From the NCBI GenBank assembly GCA_050115495.1, contig JASFQK010000023.1, positions 31,291 to 95,290 on the forward strand: 64,000 nucleotides of DNA, given 5' to 3'. This stretch comes from Phycisphaerae bacterium. GTDB taxonomy: Bacteria > Planctomycetota > Phycisphaerae > UBA1845 > Fen-1342. A model generated the notes under the pieces. It was given only the letters and a program-made list of their open reading frames with translations, made no database searches and was not told the origin of the DNA. Below are positions 1 to 10,179 of the stretch, in pieces (position 1 is the stretch's first letter; the number at the start of each line of letters is the position of its first letter). The position numbers and the translations under genes were made by a program.

Positions 1-12
1 CAGGATGTTCAT
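1..12 (-). CDS. Start of a gene running off the left edge (MNIL...), possibly a glycosyltransferase of the EPS operon
   Basis: ATG AAC ATC CTG with GGAG just upstream, 12 nt after the FemAB stop; only 4 codons visible. Confidence 0.35.
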
Positions 13-24
13 CAGCTCCAGTCC

Positions 25-1128
25 CTATCCGGGGATCGAACGCGACAGCCAGCCGCCCAGGCAACGGGCCACGGGCAGCGGCAAATGGGGCCACAGGCGG
101 CGGGCCAGGCCGAAACTCCGATTCGACGGCGTCAGGTCGGGGGCGACCTGGCCGGGCCGGACGTAACGTTGATAGCCGAGGGTCCGGGGCTCGAAGCCCT
201 GGTTCTTCTTGAAGCCGGCGGAGCCGGGGTTGTCCTTGCGGGTGCGGCCGTAGTCGAAGCGGCGCAGGCCGCTGCGAATCGCGCGCTCCATGACGGCGTG
301 GAAGAGGGCGTTGGCCGCGCCGCGGCAGGTGGCGTGCTCGTCCAGACCGAGGAGGTAGGGCGTGATCGTGTCGCCGTACGCGAGGCTGAGGGCGCCGGCC
401 ACGGGGCGGTCCTCGTGCCAGGCGACGGTCACCCAGGCGCGTTCGCCGAGGCGCTCGGCGAGCTCGACGAGAAAGCGGTACGGATAGCTGATGGAGCCGA
501 GGCGGCGCATGCTGCGGGAGTAGAGATCCCAGACGGTCCGCAGCAGGCGGTGATCGTGCTGAACGGTGACGCCGTCGCGCTCGCGAGCCTGGCGGGCCGC
601 GGCCCGGGCTCGTTTGGGCAGGAACGCGTCGAGCTCGTTGGGATGCAGGGGCAGGTCGCGCACGAAAGCGTCATAGCGCTCGACGACTTCCCAGCCGGGA
701 ATGACGGCGTCGGCGCTGCGGATGTCGAGCACGCGGGCCCCGCGATGATGGACCAGGTGCACGGCTTCGGCGGCCAGGGCGTCGCGGGCGTTCTCGTCGT
801 CGGCCAGTAGACCCCCATACGTACCGTAGGGCACGCTGATCAGCATGCGTCCGCCGAGCAGGCTGCGCACCTCGACGAGCGGCAGCACGCCGACGATCCG
901 GCCGTCGCGCCAGGCTACGCGGTGCACGCCGTGGTGGCCGAAGGTGCGCTCGACGGCCTCGCTCCAGAGCGGGTCGTGAAAGACGGTGGCACCGGGCGCG
1001 CTGTGGAGGTAGCGCTGCCAGGCAGCCTTCGTTCCTTCGTCGGCGACCGCCGCTATCGCGACCCCATCCGGCCGCGGCAGACGGTCCTGCCTAGGCGTCG
1101 CGGTAGTAGTATCCGTAGTAACGGTCAT
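25..1128 (-). CDS. FemAB-like GNAT protein (type associated with XrtA/PEP-CTERM EPS loci)
   Basis: Motifs ATVFHDPLW, GVLPLVEVRSLLGGRMLISVPYGTYGG, FDYGRT, FKKNQGFEPRTLGYQ, LWPHLPL. Confidence 0.85.
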   Translation of the reverse strand: MTVTTDTTTATPRQDRLPRPDGVAIAAVADEGTKAAWQRYLHSAPGATVFHDPLWSEAVERTFGHHGVHRVAWRDGRIVGVLPLVEVRSLLGGRMLISVPYGTYGGLLADDENARDALAAEAVHLVHHRGARVLDIRSADAVIPGWEVVERYDAFVRDLPLHPNELDAFLPKRARAAARQARERDGVTVQHDHRLLRTVWDLYSRSMRRLGSISYPYRFLVELAERLGERAWVTVAWHEDRPVAGALSLAYGDTITPYLLGLDEHATCRGAANALFHAVMERAIRSGLRRFDYGRTRKDNPGSAGFKKNQGFEPRTLGYQRYVRPGQVAPDLTPSNRSFGLARRLWPHLPLPVARCLGGWLSRSIPG

Positions 1129-2641
1129 AGTAATGCGTTCGCCGGTCTTCGTGCCGCGTTAGAATGCAGCCCAGGATCCGGGCGTTGTTCGCCTGGAGTG
1201 TGCGTACGGCCTGCTGGGCGGTGGGCTCCGGCGTGCGGTGCATCTCGACGACTAGGATCACGCCGTCGCATTGCGGGGCGAGCATGCTCACGTCGGATAC
1301 GGTGTTGACCGGCGGCAGGTCGAGCAGCACGTAGTCGAATGAGGCCCGCAGGTGGGCCATCACGTCGCGCGTGTTCGGCGAGCCGAGCAGCTCGGAGGCA
1401 CTCTGCGGAGCCATCTTGCCGGGGGGCAACACGTACAGGTTGGGCATCGGCGTCGAGCAGAGCAGCTCATCCGCCGGATACTCGCCGCGAATCAGCTCAG
1501 CGAGGCCGGGCCGGGCCGCCAGGCCGAGCATGCGGCCGATGGAGGAGCGGCGGAAGTCGGCGTCGGCCACGAGGATGCGGTGCTCGCCGCCCTCGGCCAT
1601 GACGAAGCCCAGGTTGACGGCGGAGACGCTCTTTCCTTCCTGGGGGACACTGCTGGTGATGGCGATGATGCGGTGCGTTGCGGAGCCATTCATGCTCAGC
1701 AGGCGGGCCCGCACCGAGCGGAACTGCTCGGTCACGGACGAATAGCGCTCGTGGAAGGCAACGACGGCGGGGTCGATCTGCTTCGGGTCCCAGTTGCCGT
1801 TCGCCGCTCCGCCCGGCACTTCGCGCCGCTCTTCGGACGGTTGCACGGGCTCGAAACGCGACCGGCCGGCCGGCGACTGTGCAGGCTGGGGGGCCGGAAC
1901 CGCGGTGGGCTCGGTGGCTGGCGACACGTCGTCGAGGTCGGTTGTTTTGGCGGTCGGCTGCGCGGCGATGGGCGGTTCGGGGGCCGGCTCGGTTCCGAGG
2001 TCGACCCACTCTTCCTCCTCTTCCTGCGCCTGCGGTGCCTCGACGGCCGGCGTAACGTCGGCAATCTCGGTTTCGGCCGGCGGTGCAGCGTCGGCAATCT
2101 CGGGCTCGGTAGGCGGTGCAGCGTCGGTGATTTCGGTCTCGGCCGGCGGCGCCGTGTCAGTGATTTCGGTTTCGGCGGCCGGCGCGGTGTCGGTGATCTC
2201 GGTCTCGGCGGCGGGCGCGGTGTCAGTGATCTCGGTCTCGGTGGCCGGCGCGACGTCGGTCAACTCGACCTCGTCGTCGGTCGCCGATTCGTCGATCTGC
2301 TTGATCTCATCGATCGCCGACAGATCGGCCGGTTCGGGCGCGGCGAGATCCGGCTCAGCCTCCGCTGACGCGGTGGCCTCCTGGACCTCGGCCTCGAGGT
2401 TCGTCTCGTCGGTCAACTCGGTTTGGGCGCCGATCAACTCTTCCGCTAGGGAGTCCAGGGCCTCAGCCACCGGCGTCTCGTCGGTCAGCTCATCCTGAGC
2501 GGCGGTCGGTCCGCCATCCTGAGAGATGGGCGTCTCGTCGATCGGCGTGATTTCGGCCTGCTCAGCAAGCGGCTCCTGGACGGGAGCCTGGACGCTCTCG
2601 TCTTCCCGCAGCTTCTGCATGACCTCGGACATCGAACCCAT
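1091..2641 (-). CDS. CpsD/CapB-family tyrosine kinase (BY-kinase) with long acidic N-terminal region
   Basis: Walker A SSVPQEGKS, A' ILVADAD, B VLLDLPP; C-terminal Tyr cluster HYYDRYYGYYY. Confidence 0.9.
   Translation of the reverse strand: MGSMSEVMQKLREDESVQAPVQEPLAEQAEITPIDETPISQDGGPTAAQDELTDETPVAEALDSLAEELIGAQTELTDETNLEAEVQEATASAEAEPDLAAPEPADLSAIDEIKQIDESATDDEVELTDVAPATETEITDTAPAAETEITDTAPAAETEITDTAPPAETEITDAAPPTEPEIADAAPPAETEIADVTPAVEAPQAQEEEEEWVDLGTEPAPEPPIAAQPTAKTTDLDDVSPATEPTAVPAPQPAQSPAGRSRFEPVQPSEERREVPGGAANGNWDPKQIDPAVVAFHERYSSVTEQFRSVRARLLSMNGSATHRIIAITSSVPQEGKSVSAVNLGFVMAEGGEHRILVADADFRRSSIGRMLGLAARPGLAELIRGEYPADELLCSTPMPNLYVLPPGKMAPQSASELLGSPNTRDVMAHLRASFDYVLLDLPPVNTVSDVSMLAPQCDGVILVVEMHRTPEPTAQQAVRTLQANNARILGCILTRHEDRRTHYYDRYYGYYYRDA
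2042..2272 (-). repeat. 7 x 33-nt in-frame tandem repeat (ETEITDTAPAA-like) in the BY-kinase
   Basis: EVELTDVAPAT, ETEITDTAPAA x2, ETEITDTAPPA, ETEITDAAPPT, EPEIADAAPPA, ETEIADVTPAV. Confidence 0.9.
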
Positions 2642-2650
2642 CACACCGCC

Positions 2651-4429
2651 TCACTTCTCGGGAGGATTCAGCAGCCCCGTGCCCGGTATGCCGATCCCCT
2701 GCAACGCGTCATCCAGCCGGACAATCGCTTGCTGGTACAGCGCGGGCTGTTCCAGACTCGTGTAGGCTAGGCCGCCGGCGATCAGGAGCACGCCCAGCAG
2801 CAGGGCGAGTGCCGGTCCCCAGATGATCCGCTCCCGCAGACGCCGTCGGCGAACCTGCGGCGTGGCGATCACGCCCACGCTCTCGAGCACCGGGATACCC
2901 AGCACGCGGGTCACCTGCCCGGCCGTGCGGAACGAGCGGTCCATCAGCTCGGCCAGGGCCACCAGCAGAGCGGCGACGGCCAGGCCGGCACCGGTGCAGA
3001 CGGCGAAGACCGAGGCGGTACGCGGCGAGATGGCCCGGCTGCCGTCACGCGGCTCCTCGATCAGCGGGAACTGCGTGCCGCGCTCGACGTTCTCCGCCGA
3101 GAGGATGCGGTCCAACTGGCCCATGTGCTGGCGCCACATGGCGATGGTCGTGGCGTCCTGGCCGAGCTGCTCCTGGATCTTGCGGAGCTCGGCGCTCTGG
3201 CCAAGCAGCTCGTCGTACAGGTCGCCGAGCTTCTCCGTCCGCTGCTGGGCCACGGCGTAGTCGCTACGGACGATGTCGTACTGGCGGCGGAGGGCCTCGA
3301 TCTCGAGCTCGACGCGGAGGCGCTCGCCCTCGAAACGCAGACGCGGGCGCTTTGCGGTTACTGCGGTCTGGGCCTGGACCGTTTCGGTTTCTTCGGGCGC
3401 GGCCGCGTTCTGGGCACGGAGGGCCTCACGGGCCGCTTCCAGACCCTCGATCCGCCGCCGTAGCCTCTGCACCGTGGGGTGCTCGGCGGTCATTCGCGAA
3501 ACGAGCATGGCGTCGGCGATTTCCTGCTCGACGTCACGGATGGCCTTGGCGATCACCTGCTCGGACTGGGGCAGGGCCGGCGGCGCGCTCGGGGTGTTCG
3601 CCGTGTTCGGGCTGGCGTCGACCGCGTCCTCCTCGATCGCCAGGGTGGAGACCAGGAATTCCTCGCGGGCGGCGATCTGCGCTTCGAGCTCGGCCTGGTG
3701 GCGGCCGAGGGTGGCCTCCGCCTCGCGAAGCTCTTCCAGGCGGGAGCCGACGCTGGCGGCGTCCATGGGATCGATGCCCGGGTAGTCGCGGAACCGCTCG
3801 CGCAGCGAGCTGTTGGCGTCGGCCGTGTCGCGCTGGAGGCGATCCAGTTCGTTCTGGAAGAACTGCCGGGTGCTGACCAGCATGTCGCCAATGCGCTCGC
3901 GCATCTGCGTGATGTAGCGGTTGCGCAGGGTGACGACGAAGTCGCGGGCTACCGCCGGATCGTTGGCCTCGCAGCGCAGGCGGATCGTATCCAGACCGCT
4001 GGCGGCCTGAACGACCTGCACCGAGGGTGACAGCCGATATTGAGCGAGCATGGCGTCGAGGGCAGCGGCAGCTTCGTTACTGAGGGCGCCCTCGGGCGGG
4101 ATGATCGCCCGGTCCAGCAGGCCCAGGTCGGCGGCGGCTTCGGCCAGGGCGCGGGCCCCGGTCATATCGCGGACGAGCGTGGACTTGAGGTTGTCAAAGC
4201 TGTACGGGGAGTTGCTCTGCACGAGGTTGCGCAGGACCACGTCGTCGCGCCGCTCGAAGACGGTGTTGGCGGCATAGCGGCGGGGCAGGTACTGGCTGTA
4301 CCAGAACGCTGCCGTGCTGACCAGGCTGAGCGCGATCAGCCCGAGCCGCCAGCGCTGCCGGGCGATGCGCCCGTACTCGCTGAGCGTGCTGCGCAGGTCT
4401 TCGAAGGTTCTCTCGTGGTTCGTCGTCAT
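2651..4429 (-). CDS. Polysaccharide chain-length determinant / co-polymerase (Wzc/GumC-like membrane part)
   Basis: N-terminal TM then PRRYAA; coiled coil with MTAEHPTV; second TM followed by ELMDRSFRTAGQVTRVLGIPVL. Confidence 0.8.
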   Translation of the reverse strand: MTTNHERTFEDLRSTLSEYGRIARQRWRLGLIALSLVSTAAFWYSQYLPRRYAANTVFERRDDVVLRNLVQSNSPYSFDNLKSTLVRDMTGARALAEAAADLGLLDRAIIPPEGALSNEAAAALDAMLAQYRLSPSVQVVQAASGLDTIRLRCEANDPAVARDFVVTLRNRYITQMRERIGDMLVSTRQFFQNELDRLQRDTADANSSLRERFRDYPGIDPMDAASVGSRLEELREAEATLGRHQAELEAQIAAREEFLVSTLAIEEDAVDASPNTANTPSAPPALPQSEQVIAKAIRDVEQEIADAMLVSRMTAEHPTVQRLRRRIEGLEAAREALRAQNAAAPEETETVQAQTAVTAKRPRLRFEGERLRVELEIEALRRQYDIVRSDYAVAQQRTEKLGDLYDELLGQSAELRKIQEQLGQDATTIAMWRQHMGQLDRILSAENVERGTQFPLIEEPRDGSRAISPRTASVFAVCTGAGLAVAALLVALAELMDRSFRTAGQVTRVLGIPVLESVGVIATPQVRRRRLRERIIWGPALALLLGVLLIAGGLAYTSLEQPALYQQAIVRLDDALQGIGIPGTGLLNPPEK

Positions 4430-4464
4430 GGAGCGAACTCATCCGCGGTGGCGATAACGGCGCG

Positions 4465-5283
4465 TTACTCGCTGTCGTCGCCGCCGAATTCATCCTCATA
4501 CGTACGCGTGGCGTCGATCGGTCGTATCGGCGCGGCGTACGCGTTCACAACCGGACCGACCGGGTACAGCAACTCGCGGACGCGCAAACCGGTCCAGGCG
4601 AGCGGCGTAGGCGGCACCTCGATGATGTCACCCGGCTGCAGCAGGAAGTTCTGGTCCACTTCGCCGCTGCGCACCATGCGGTCCAGGTCGACAATGATGG
4701 TTTTGCGTTCCTCCTCGTTGGCCGAGGGCCGCACCACACGAATGTGGGAGCGCCAGGCCAGGTTGTTCAGTCCGGCGTCGGCGAGCGCGCCGAGCAGCGT
4801 CACGCGGCCGGTGAACGGCCGGCGGCCGGCGGCGCCGACGCCTTCGCCGAACACGTAGTAGAACTGGCTCTTGTAAGAGGAGACGTTGACGACCACCTCG
4901 GGATCGACGTAGTAGCGGGCCAACTGCTGCCGCAGCTTCTCGGCCACCTGCTCGGTGGTCAGGCCGGCCACGTCCACCTCGCCGAGCAGCCGCAGGACAA
5001 TCTTGCCGTCGGGCCGCAGGCGAGCGGTGACGCCGTCGACCTCGGGGGCCGTGGGCGAATGCACGGTGATGGTATCGGGGGGCATAACGGTGTATTGGCC
5101 GGTGCCAACCGCGTCCTCGTGGGCTCGCAGGAAGGAGACCAGGTCGGCGTGGGAGCTGGCAGCACAGCCGGTGAGCAGCGCGGCGGAGACGACCATCGCC
5201 ACGAAGGCGATCGGTCGGGCGGCGTCCACCGCTCGGTACCGCAACGAGGTCGGATACGGCCGGTGATGGCCCATCGTGCTCAC
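4465..5283 (-). CDS. wza: Polysaccharide export lipoprotein (Wza/OPX family)
   Basis: Lipobox LLTGC; Poly_export motif RPDGKIVLRLLGEVDVAGLT; SLBB motif LQPGDIIEVP; start may be 5274. Confidence 0.85.
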   Translation of the reverse strand: MSTMGHHRPYPTSLRYRAVDAARPIAFVAMVVSAALLTGCAASSHADLVSFLRAHEDAVGTGQYTVMPPDTITVHSPTAPEVDGVTARLRPDGKIVLRLLGEVDVAGLTTEQVAEKLRQQLARYYVDPEVVVNVSSYKSQFYYVFGEGVGAAGRRPFTGRVTLLGALADAGLNNLAWRSHIRVVRPSANEEERKTIIVDLDRMVRSGEVDQNFLLQPGDIIEVPPTPLAWTGLRVRELLYPVGPVVNAYAAPIRPIDATRTYEDEFGGDDSE

Positions 5284-5351
5284 AAAGCCCTATAATTCAT
5301 GAACGCCCTCCTTGGCGGCGTTCACGGATGCTCCCGCACCCACGTCGTGAG

Positions 5352-5378
5352 CTATCGTCCAAACTGCACAATCAATGA
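5352..5378 (-). promoter_or_regulatory. Candidate sigma28-like promoter for the wza operon
   Basis: TCAT-N15-GACGATAG. Confidence 0.4.
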
Positions 5379-5427
5379 AATACATACCGGCAACTCGTCG
5401 TTTTCCGGTCGCCCGTTGTTTAGGACT

Positions 5428-5454
5428 TCAGCCGGTCCCCCTTAGCACCGATGT
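5428..5454 (+). promoter_or_regulatory. Candidate sigma28-like promoter for the ATPase gene
   Basis: TCAG-N15-ACCGATGT. Confidence 0.4.
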
Positions 5455-5485
5455 TCTGCTGGTGCGATAAACGCGGAGACTACCC

Positions 5486-6679
5486 ATGAAGCCCTACCGG
5501 CATTTCGGCCTGGTGCGGCCCCCCTTCGAGCCGAGCCCCGACCCGCGCATGTTCTACAGCTCGCCGCAGCACGGCGAGGCGCTGGCCACGCTCGAATACA
5601 CGGTGCACGCCAACAAGACATGTACTGTGGTCGTCGGGGAGTCGGGCTCCGGCAAGACGATGCTGGCCCGGCTGATCGCGGCCGAAATAAGCCGCGAAAC
5701 GAGCGTGCTGTGGGTGCATGGGCTTGGACAGCCTGAAAAAGTGACCGAATTGAACGTGTATTCGCCAGGGGCGCTGGCCGACGCGCAGCCGAAGCCGCCG
5801 ACGTCGCTGACGACGCTGGCGGATTGGACGCGGCAGCCGCACGTGACGGGTACGCCGCCGCTGATGGTTATTGATGATGCGGACGACATGCCGCCGCACG
5901 CGTGGCACGACGTGGTTTCGCTGCTGTCGCGCGAGGTGCAATTCCCGCAGCCGACGAATCTGGCTTTGTTCGGCGCCCCGCCGCTGATCGCCCGGCTCGG
6001 TCAACCGGAGCTGATGCGTCTGCGACGGCGTGTTTTTCGGACGTGCGCCATTGGTCCGTTCGACGCCGAACAAGTAGCGGAATATGTCCGTTGTCGGCTG
6101 GCGGCGTCCGGTAACAAGGACAACGGCCTGTTCGATGATGACTCCCTGGCGCTGCTGCACCGGCTGACGAAGGGCAACGCCGGCCTGATCAACCAAGTGG
6201 CCGATAACGCGCTGCTGGAGGCATTCAGCGCGAACGAGCGGCGGATCACGGTCAGGCACATCATGGCCGCCGGCCGAGCGATCGTGGGTGCACTGCACGT
6301 GTTGCCACGACGGCCCAGCGTCGGGCTGGCGCTCGGAGACGGCGGGCGCCGGGCCCTGCCGGGAGCTGCACCGGCACCCGCGGAAGCGGCGTCGGCGTGG
6401 ACGGCAGGCGAGCCGGAGTCGGCGGTGGCCGAGCGTCCGGTAATCACCACGCCGAAGCCGGTCGCGCCTGACATCCGCAGCGTCGAGCAGCGGCTCTTCA
6501 GTCTCCAGGGGCGGCTGGCCAATGCGTTGGGGGCGGTTCGTCCGTCGAGGGCGAGCGTGCGACCCCGCTACACGGCGCCGGTGGCCAAGCCGGTCGTGGG
6601 CGAGATTGTCGACGTCAGCCCGTCAGAAGTGATGGACGACGACGAGGCCGTGGAAGAAGCGGCCGTCGCGAGCAGCTAG
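5486..6679 (+). CDS. ExeA/GspA-like AAA ATPase (EPS-locus associated)
   Basis: N-terminus YRHFGLVRPPFEPSPDPRMFY; Walker A GESGSGKT; Walker B MVIDDAD; LTKGNAGLINQVADNALL. Confidence 0.85.
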   Translation: MKPYRHFGLVRPPFEPSPDPRMFYSSPQHGEALATLEYTVHANKTCTVVVGESGSGKTMLARLIAAEISRETSVLWVHGLGQPEKVTELNVYSPGALADAQPKPPTSLTTLADWTRQPHVTGTPPLMVIDDADDMPPHAWHDVVSLLSREVQFPQPTNLALFGAPPLIARLGQPELMRLRRRVFRTCAIGPFDAEQVAEYVRCRLAASGNKDNGLFDDDSLALLHRLTKGNAGLINQVADNALLEAFSANERRITVRHIMAAGRAIVGALHVLPRRPSVGLALGDGGRRALPGAAPAPAEAASAWTAGEPESAVAERPVITTPKPVAPDIRSVEQRLFSLQGRLANALGAVRPSRASVRPRYTAPVAKPVVGEIVDVSPSEVMDDDEAVEEAAVASS

Positions 6680-6753
6680 GCGACGCCGAGCGGACTTCGG
6701 CCCTCATTCCCTAACGATCGATGGAGGCTTCCGGGGTGGACCGGGGGGGCTTT

Positions 6754-7674
6754 TCATACACCGACAGGTTCGGCTGGCGCCGGCGTCTGGGCGGCGACAG
6801 CCGCTTCGGGTCGCCGGAGTTGCAGCAGGTAGTCGCTGTACTCGTTCTGGCCGAGGGAGTGGGCGAGGCGTTCGAGATCGTGACCGTCGATAAAGCCCAT
6901 GTGATAGGCGACCTCTTCGGGGCAGCCGATCATCAGGCCCTGGCGTTGCTCGACGGCGCGAACGAATTCGGAGGCTTCGAGGAGGGATTCATGCGTGCCG
7001 GCATCGAGCCAGGCCTTGCCGCGGCTGAGCAGCTCGACGCGCAGCAGGCCGCGCTCCATGTAGATGCGGTTGACGTCGGTGATTTCGAGCTCGCCGCGGG
7101 CACTCGGGCGGAGGTTGGCGGCGATGTCGACAACCTGCTCGTCGTAGAAGTACATGCCGGGGACGGCCCAGTTGCTGCGCGGGCGGCGGGGTTTCTCCTC
7201 GATGGTCAGGGCGCGGTAGTTCTCGTCGAAGGTGACGACGCCGTAGCGCTCCGGGTCGCGGACGCGGTAGGCGAAGATGAGGGCGCCGTGACGGACGTGC
7301 TGGGCGGCGCGGGCGAGCTGCAAGGGCAGGCCCTCGCCGTAGAAGATGTTGTCGCCGAGCGTCAGGCAGCTCGGTTCGCCCTGCACGAAGTCGCGGCCGA
7401 TGCGGAAGGCGTCGGCCAGCCCGCGGGGTTCGTCCTGGCGGGCGTAGCGCAGCGACATGCCCCACTGCGCGCCGTCGCCGAGCAGGCGCTGGAAGAGCGG
7501 CAGGTCCTCGGGGGTGCTGATGATGAGCACGTCGCGGATGCCGGCGAACATGAGCATCGTCAGCGGGTAGTAGATCATCGGCTTGTTGTAGACGGGGAGC
7601 AGTTGCTTGCTGACCGCGAGGGTCAGGGGGTAGAGGCGCGTGCCCTTTCCGCCGGCGAGGATGATGCCTTTCAT
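6754..7674 (-). CDS. rfbA: Glucose-1-phosphate thymidylyltransferase
   Basis: [44 protein letters not shown]; start placed at ATG 7674. Confidence 0.97.
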   Translation of the reverse strand: MKGIILAGGKGTRLYPLTLAVSKQLLPVYNKPMIYYPLTMLMFAGIRDVLIISTPEDLPLFQRLLGDGAQWGMSLRYARQDEPRGLADAFRIGRDFVQGEPSCLTLGDNIFYGEGLPLQLARAAQHVRHGALIFAYRVRDPERYGVVTFDENYRALTIEEKPRRPRSNWAVPGMYFYDEQVVDIAANLRPSARGELEITDVNRIYMERGLLRVELLSRGKAWLDAGTHESLLEASEFVRAVEQRQGLMIGCPEEVAYHMGFIDGHDLERLAHSLGQNEYSDYLLQLRRPEAAVAAQTPAPAEPVGV

Positions 7675-8771
7675 ATACAGATCTCCGCCGGCTGGAGGGC
7701 CTGGCGTCTGGCGTAATTCTTCTTCATCCACCGCTGATAGCCGCCCTGCTCGCGGATGGCCTGCACCCACTCGGCGTGATCGAGGTACCAGTGGACGGTC
7801 TGCCGCAGCCCGGCTTCGAGCGTCCAGCGCGGCCGCCAGCCCAGGTCGCTCTCGATACGGGCGGTGGCCATGGCGTAGCGGCGGTCGTGGCCGGGGCGGT
7901 CGGCGACGTAGGCCAGAAGCTGTTCGTGCGGGCAATAGGGCGAGTCGGGGCACATCTCATCGAGCAGCGTGCAGATCTGCTGGACGATGGAGAGGTTAGT
8001 CGGCTGGTTGCCGCCGCCGATGTTGTATGTTCGTCCCGGCTCGCCGGCTTCGAGGATGCGCCAGATGGCGGCGCAGTGGTCGTCCACGTGGAGCCAATCG
8101 CGAATCTGCCGGCCGTCGCCGTAGATGGGCAGGGGGCGGCCGGCCAGGGCGTTGAGGATCAGCACGGGGATGAACTTCTCGGGGAACTGGCGCGGGCCGT
8201 AGTTGTTGCTGCAACTGGAGATGCTCACCGGCAGGCCGTAGGTGTGGGCGTAGGCCCGCACCAGGTGGTCGCTGGCGGCCTTGCTGGCGGCGTAGGGCGA
8301 ATTCGGGGCGTAAGGCGTCGTTTCGGTGAACGCCGGATCGTCGGGCCCGAGCGTGCCGTAGACCTCGTCGGTGGACACGTGGTGGAAACGGGCGCCGTCG
8401 GCACCGTCCGCGTCGGCGAGCCACACGTGGCGGGCCGCTTCGAGCAGCGTGAACGTGCCCATGATGTTCGTATCGAGGAACTGCCTCGGGCCGTCGATGG
8501 AACGGTCCACGTGCGACTCGGCGGCGAAGTGCACGATGTGGCGGATGTGGCGCTCGCTGAGCAGCCGCTGGACGAGCGGCTGGTCGGCGATGTCGCCGAC
8601 GATGAGCGTGTGCCGCTCCGGCGCGGGCAGGTCGGTGAGGTTGGCCCGGCTGCCGGCGTAGGTGAGCAGGTCGAGATTAACGACGGCCACGTCGGGCGCA
8701 TGGGCCAGCACGTGACGGACGAAGTTGCTACCGATGAACCCGGCTCCGCCGGTGACGAGGATCGTCTGCAT
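7671..8771 (-). CDS. rfbB: dTDP-glucose 4,6-dehydratase
   Basis: [48 protein letters not shown]. Confidence 0.97.
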   Translation of the reverse strand: MQTILVTGGAGFIGSNFVRHVLAHAPDVAVVNLDLLTYAGSRANLTDLPAPERHTLIVGDIADQPLVQRLLSERHIRHIVHFAAESHVDRSIDGPRQFLDTNIMGTFTLLEAARHVWLADADGADGARFHHVSTDEVYGTLGPDDPAFTETTPYAPNSPYAASKAASDHLVRAYAHTYGLPVSISSCSNNYGPRQFPEKFIPVLILNALAGRPLPIYGDGRQIRDWLHVDDHCAAIWRILEAGEPGRTYNIGGGNQPTNLSIVQQICTLLDEMCPDSPYCPHEQLLAYVADRPGHDRRYAMATARIESDLGWRPRWTLEAGLRQTVHWYLDHAEWVQAIREQGGYQRWMKKNYARRQALQPAEICI

Positions 8772-9030
8772 GGTGGCGGCCCACCTCCACGAGCCCCAAC
8801 CGCACGCCTCCGAACGTGCGTGTGGCGGATCTCGGCGATCCGTCCCAATGGGGTGTCGTCGCTGAGGACGCTGTTTACCTGGTTATGGGATCGGTTGGTT
8901 TGCAGCAGGAAATGTAGGGTGCGGTTGGCGACGCCGGCGATCGAGATGGGGGTGTTTCGGATCTGCGTTGCCGTATAGGCAGTTATGGCAGACCGCGTCG
9001 GATCTTGTGCCGCGCAGATATTGCCTCCGG

Positions 9031-10179
9031 CTACGGCGCGACGGCGCATGGGTCCGCCGAGAACTGAGGCGTTTCGCGGCAGCGGTCGTCGGGGGCTTCG
9101 TCTTCGGCGAGCAGAACGCGCTTGAGCCGGCCGAAGCAGTGCTCCAGCGTGAAGCCCTCTCGCACGGTTCGCAGGCCCTCGGCGACGAAGTACTGGCGCA
9201 GGGTTGCGTCGCGGATCAGCAGTTCGAGCCGATCCTCCCACTCGGCGGACGTCGCCGCCAGCAGGCCGTTCTGGCCGTCACGAATCAGCTCACAGGTCTG
9301 CCCGATCGGCGAGGCGATGACCGCCGTTTCGCCGCTCATGTAGACGGTGGCCTTCAGTACGCCACGGTAGTGGCTGCGCTCGACATCCTGGAGCGGGAAC
9401 AGGCCGATGTCCATGTCGAGGACTTCGGCGATCATGTCCTGCTGCGTGTAGAACGGGCGGCGCGTGTAGGGGATGCGGTCAAACAGCGGCAGGTGTTCGC
9501 TCGCGCCGACCAGACGCAGACGCAGCTCCGGGTGGCGGGCGAAGACGCGTTCGAGCGCTTCCCAGATGACGAAGAGGTTGTAGGTCGTGCTCATCGTGCC
9601 GAGCCAGCCGATGGTCAGCACGCTGGGCGGACGCTCCGGACGCCGGCCGCGCTGCTCGTCGAAGAGTTCGAGCTGCGGCGAATCGGGGATGATCGTGACG
9701 TTCGTGTTGAAGCGGCGGATGTAGTCGGCAGTGGCGCGGTTGATGGTCGTCACGGCGTCCACCGTACGCAGGACTTCGTGAAAAGGCTCCGGGTCCGGCG
9801 TGTACAGCCACACGGCGTCGCCGAAGTCCAGCACGAGTCGGGCCTTCGTCTGCTGCCGCAGGGCCTGCACGAGCGGCAGCGAGAGGACCTTGGACAAATA
9901 CACGATGTCGCAGTCGGCGGCCTGCTCGACGATACGCTGCTCATTGAGCGGCGTGGCGCGTTCGAACATCCGGCGAGCGACGCGGGCACCGTTGTGGCCG
10001 TGCAGCCGGCGCCACCAGGGCGGCGGCTCCTCCACCATGCGCAGCCAGTGCGGCGAGAGGCGGGCCGTGAACGTCGTCTGGAAACCGTGGACCCGCAGGA
10101 GGTCGGCGTAGATGAGGCCGCGAACCATCCCGCTGGGATAGCGGTCCCCCGCTTCGAGCACGGCCAGCATGCGCGGCAT
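9031..10179 (-). CDS. Glycosyltransferase (GT-B, family 4-like)
   Basis: TIGWLGT, MDIGLFPL, KATVYM...VIASPIG...IRDGQNGLLA; TGATG coupling to upstream gene. Confidence 0.8.
   Translation of the reverse strand: MPRMLAVLEAGDRYPSGMVRGLIYADLLRVHGFQTTFTARLSPHWLRMVEEPPPWWRRLHGHNGARVARRMFERATPLNEQRIVEQAADCDIVYLSKVLSLPLVQALRQQTKARLVLDFGDAVWLYTPDPEPFHEVLRTVDAVTTINRATADYIRRFNTNVTIIPDSPQLELFDEQRGRRPERPPSVLTIGWLGTMSTTYNLFVIWEALERVFARHPELRLRLVGASEHLPLFDRIPYTRRPFYTQQDMIAEVLDMDIGLFPLQDVERSHYRGVLKATVYMSGETAVIASPIGQTCELIRDGQNGLLAATSAEWEDRLELLIRDATLRQYFVAEGLRTVREGFTLEHCFGRLKRVLLAEDEAPDDRCRETPQFSADPCAVAP

Noticed and set aside
6722..6756. Hairpin with T-run between the convergent ATPase and rfbA genes
   Set aside because: Stem is imperfect and G-U rich; a terminator is possible but not supportable
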